A DNA stretch of 60,663 nucleotides, the filler included. It is 3 parts of 3 records of this genome, joined end to end, with 100 filler letters (N's around TTAATTAATTAA, not from the genome) between each part and the next. Parts side by side here need not be neighbours in the genome. Positions count along the whole stretch, not along the records: positions 30,154 to 60,663 come from SRR2962707_2447; 2 more parts are not named here. The stretch is one strand, 5' to 3'. The position numbers were made by a program, and so were the translations under genes. Below are positions 60,263-60,663 of the stretch, piece after piece. The notes under the pieces are model-generated. The model was given only the letters and a program-made list of their open reading frames with translations. It made no database searches and was not told the origin of the DNA. Each line of letters opens with the position of its first letter. Position 1 is the first letter of the stretch.

Positions 60263-60663
60263 ACTTATTCAGGCAATTTCAGTCCGATATCTCCGATATC
60301 ATAGAGAAGCTGTCCAAGGACGGTGCGCTGCCGGATGAACTGGACACCTCGAAAATCACGGTGGAACCGCCGCGCGACCCGTCTCATGGGGATATTTCAA
60401 CCAACGCGGCGATGGTGCTGGCTAAACCTGCAGGCATGAAGCCCAGGGATATTGCTTCTTTGATCGCGCCCGGGATCGAGGCGCTGGATGCTGTGGAGAA
60501 GGTGGAAATCGCCGGGCCGGGGTTCATAAATGCAACGCTGGCTGACAGCTTCTGGCATGGCCGTCTTGCTGATGTCCTGAAAGCTGGAACGGATTACGGC
60601 AATTCTGACATTGGTGACGGGGTAAAAATCAACGTCGAATACGTTTCCGCCAATCCGACGGGG
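60259..60663 (+). CDS. argS: Arginine-tRNA ligase, N-terminus (3' truncated), not in the ORF track
   Basis: MNLF...[22 protein letters not shown]...IAGPGFIN...[14 protein letters not shown] overlaps the BacNav stop codon. Confidence 0.95.
   Translation, partial: MNLFRQFQSDISDIIEKLSKDGALPDELDTSKITVEPPRDPSHGDISTNAAMVLAKPAGMKPRDIASLIAPGIEALDAVEKVEIAGPGFINATLADSFWHGRLADVLKAGTDYGNSDIGDGVKINVEYVSANPTG

Overview
The window is three unrelated alphaproteobacterial contigs joined by 100-nt N-spacers that carry TTAATTAATTAA (19070-19169 and 30054-30153), so gene adjacency across the spacers means nothing. Contig 1 (1-19069, Roseobacter/Rhodobacteraceae-like) is mostly housekeeping: purD, ferredoxin, a GGDEF protein, degP-type protease, hflK/hflC, gor, rpiA, GST, sdaA, thiamine pyrophosphokinase, purA, secG and pyrG. 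It also has a decayed DUF2065 gene and an orphan Cys-rich gene. Contig 2 (19170-30053, Hyphomicrobiales-like) holds the glnA 3' end, a bufferin-type RiPP cluster (DUF2282-DUF692/MNIO-DUF2063-DoxX) with a SigF-type promoter, a carboxylesterase, an ABC-F gene with an unannotated leader peptide, a divergent sulfotransferase and parE. Contig 3 (30154-60663, Rhodospirillales-like) is the most interesting. It has a giant RTX adhesin with its T1SS and a LapG protease paired with a catalytically degenerate Cache-PAS-HD-GYP receptor instead of LapD, and a nearby secreted protein carries a LapG-type TAAG site. It also encodes a chimeric channel (periplasmic binding protein + pLGIC/GLIC-like extracellular domain + MscS pore), two divergent AdoMetDC-family genes beside speE, a bacterial voltage-gated Na+ channel and argS. 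All assignments come from reading motifs by eye; no database searches were run.
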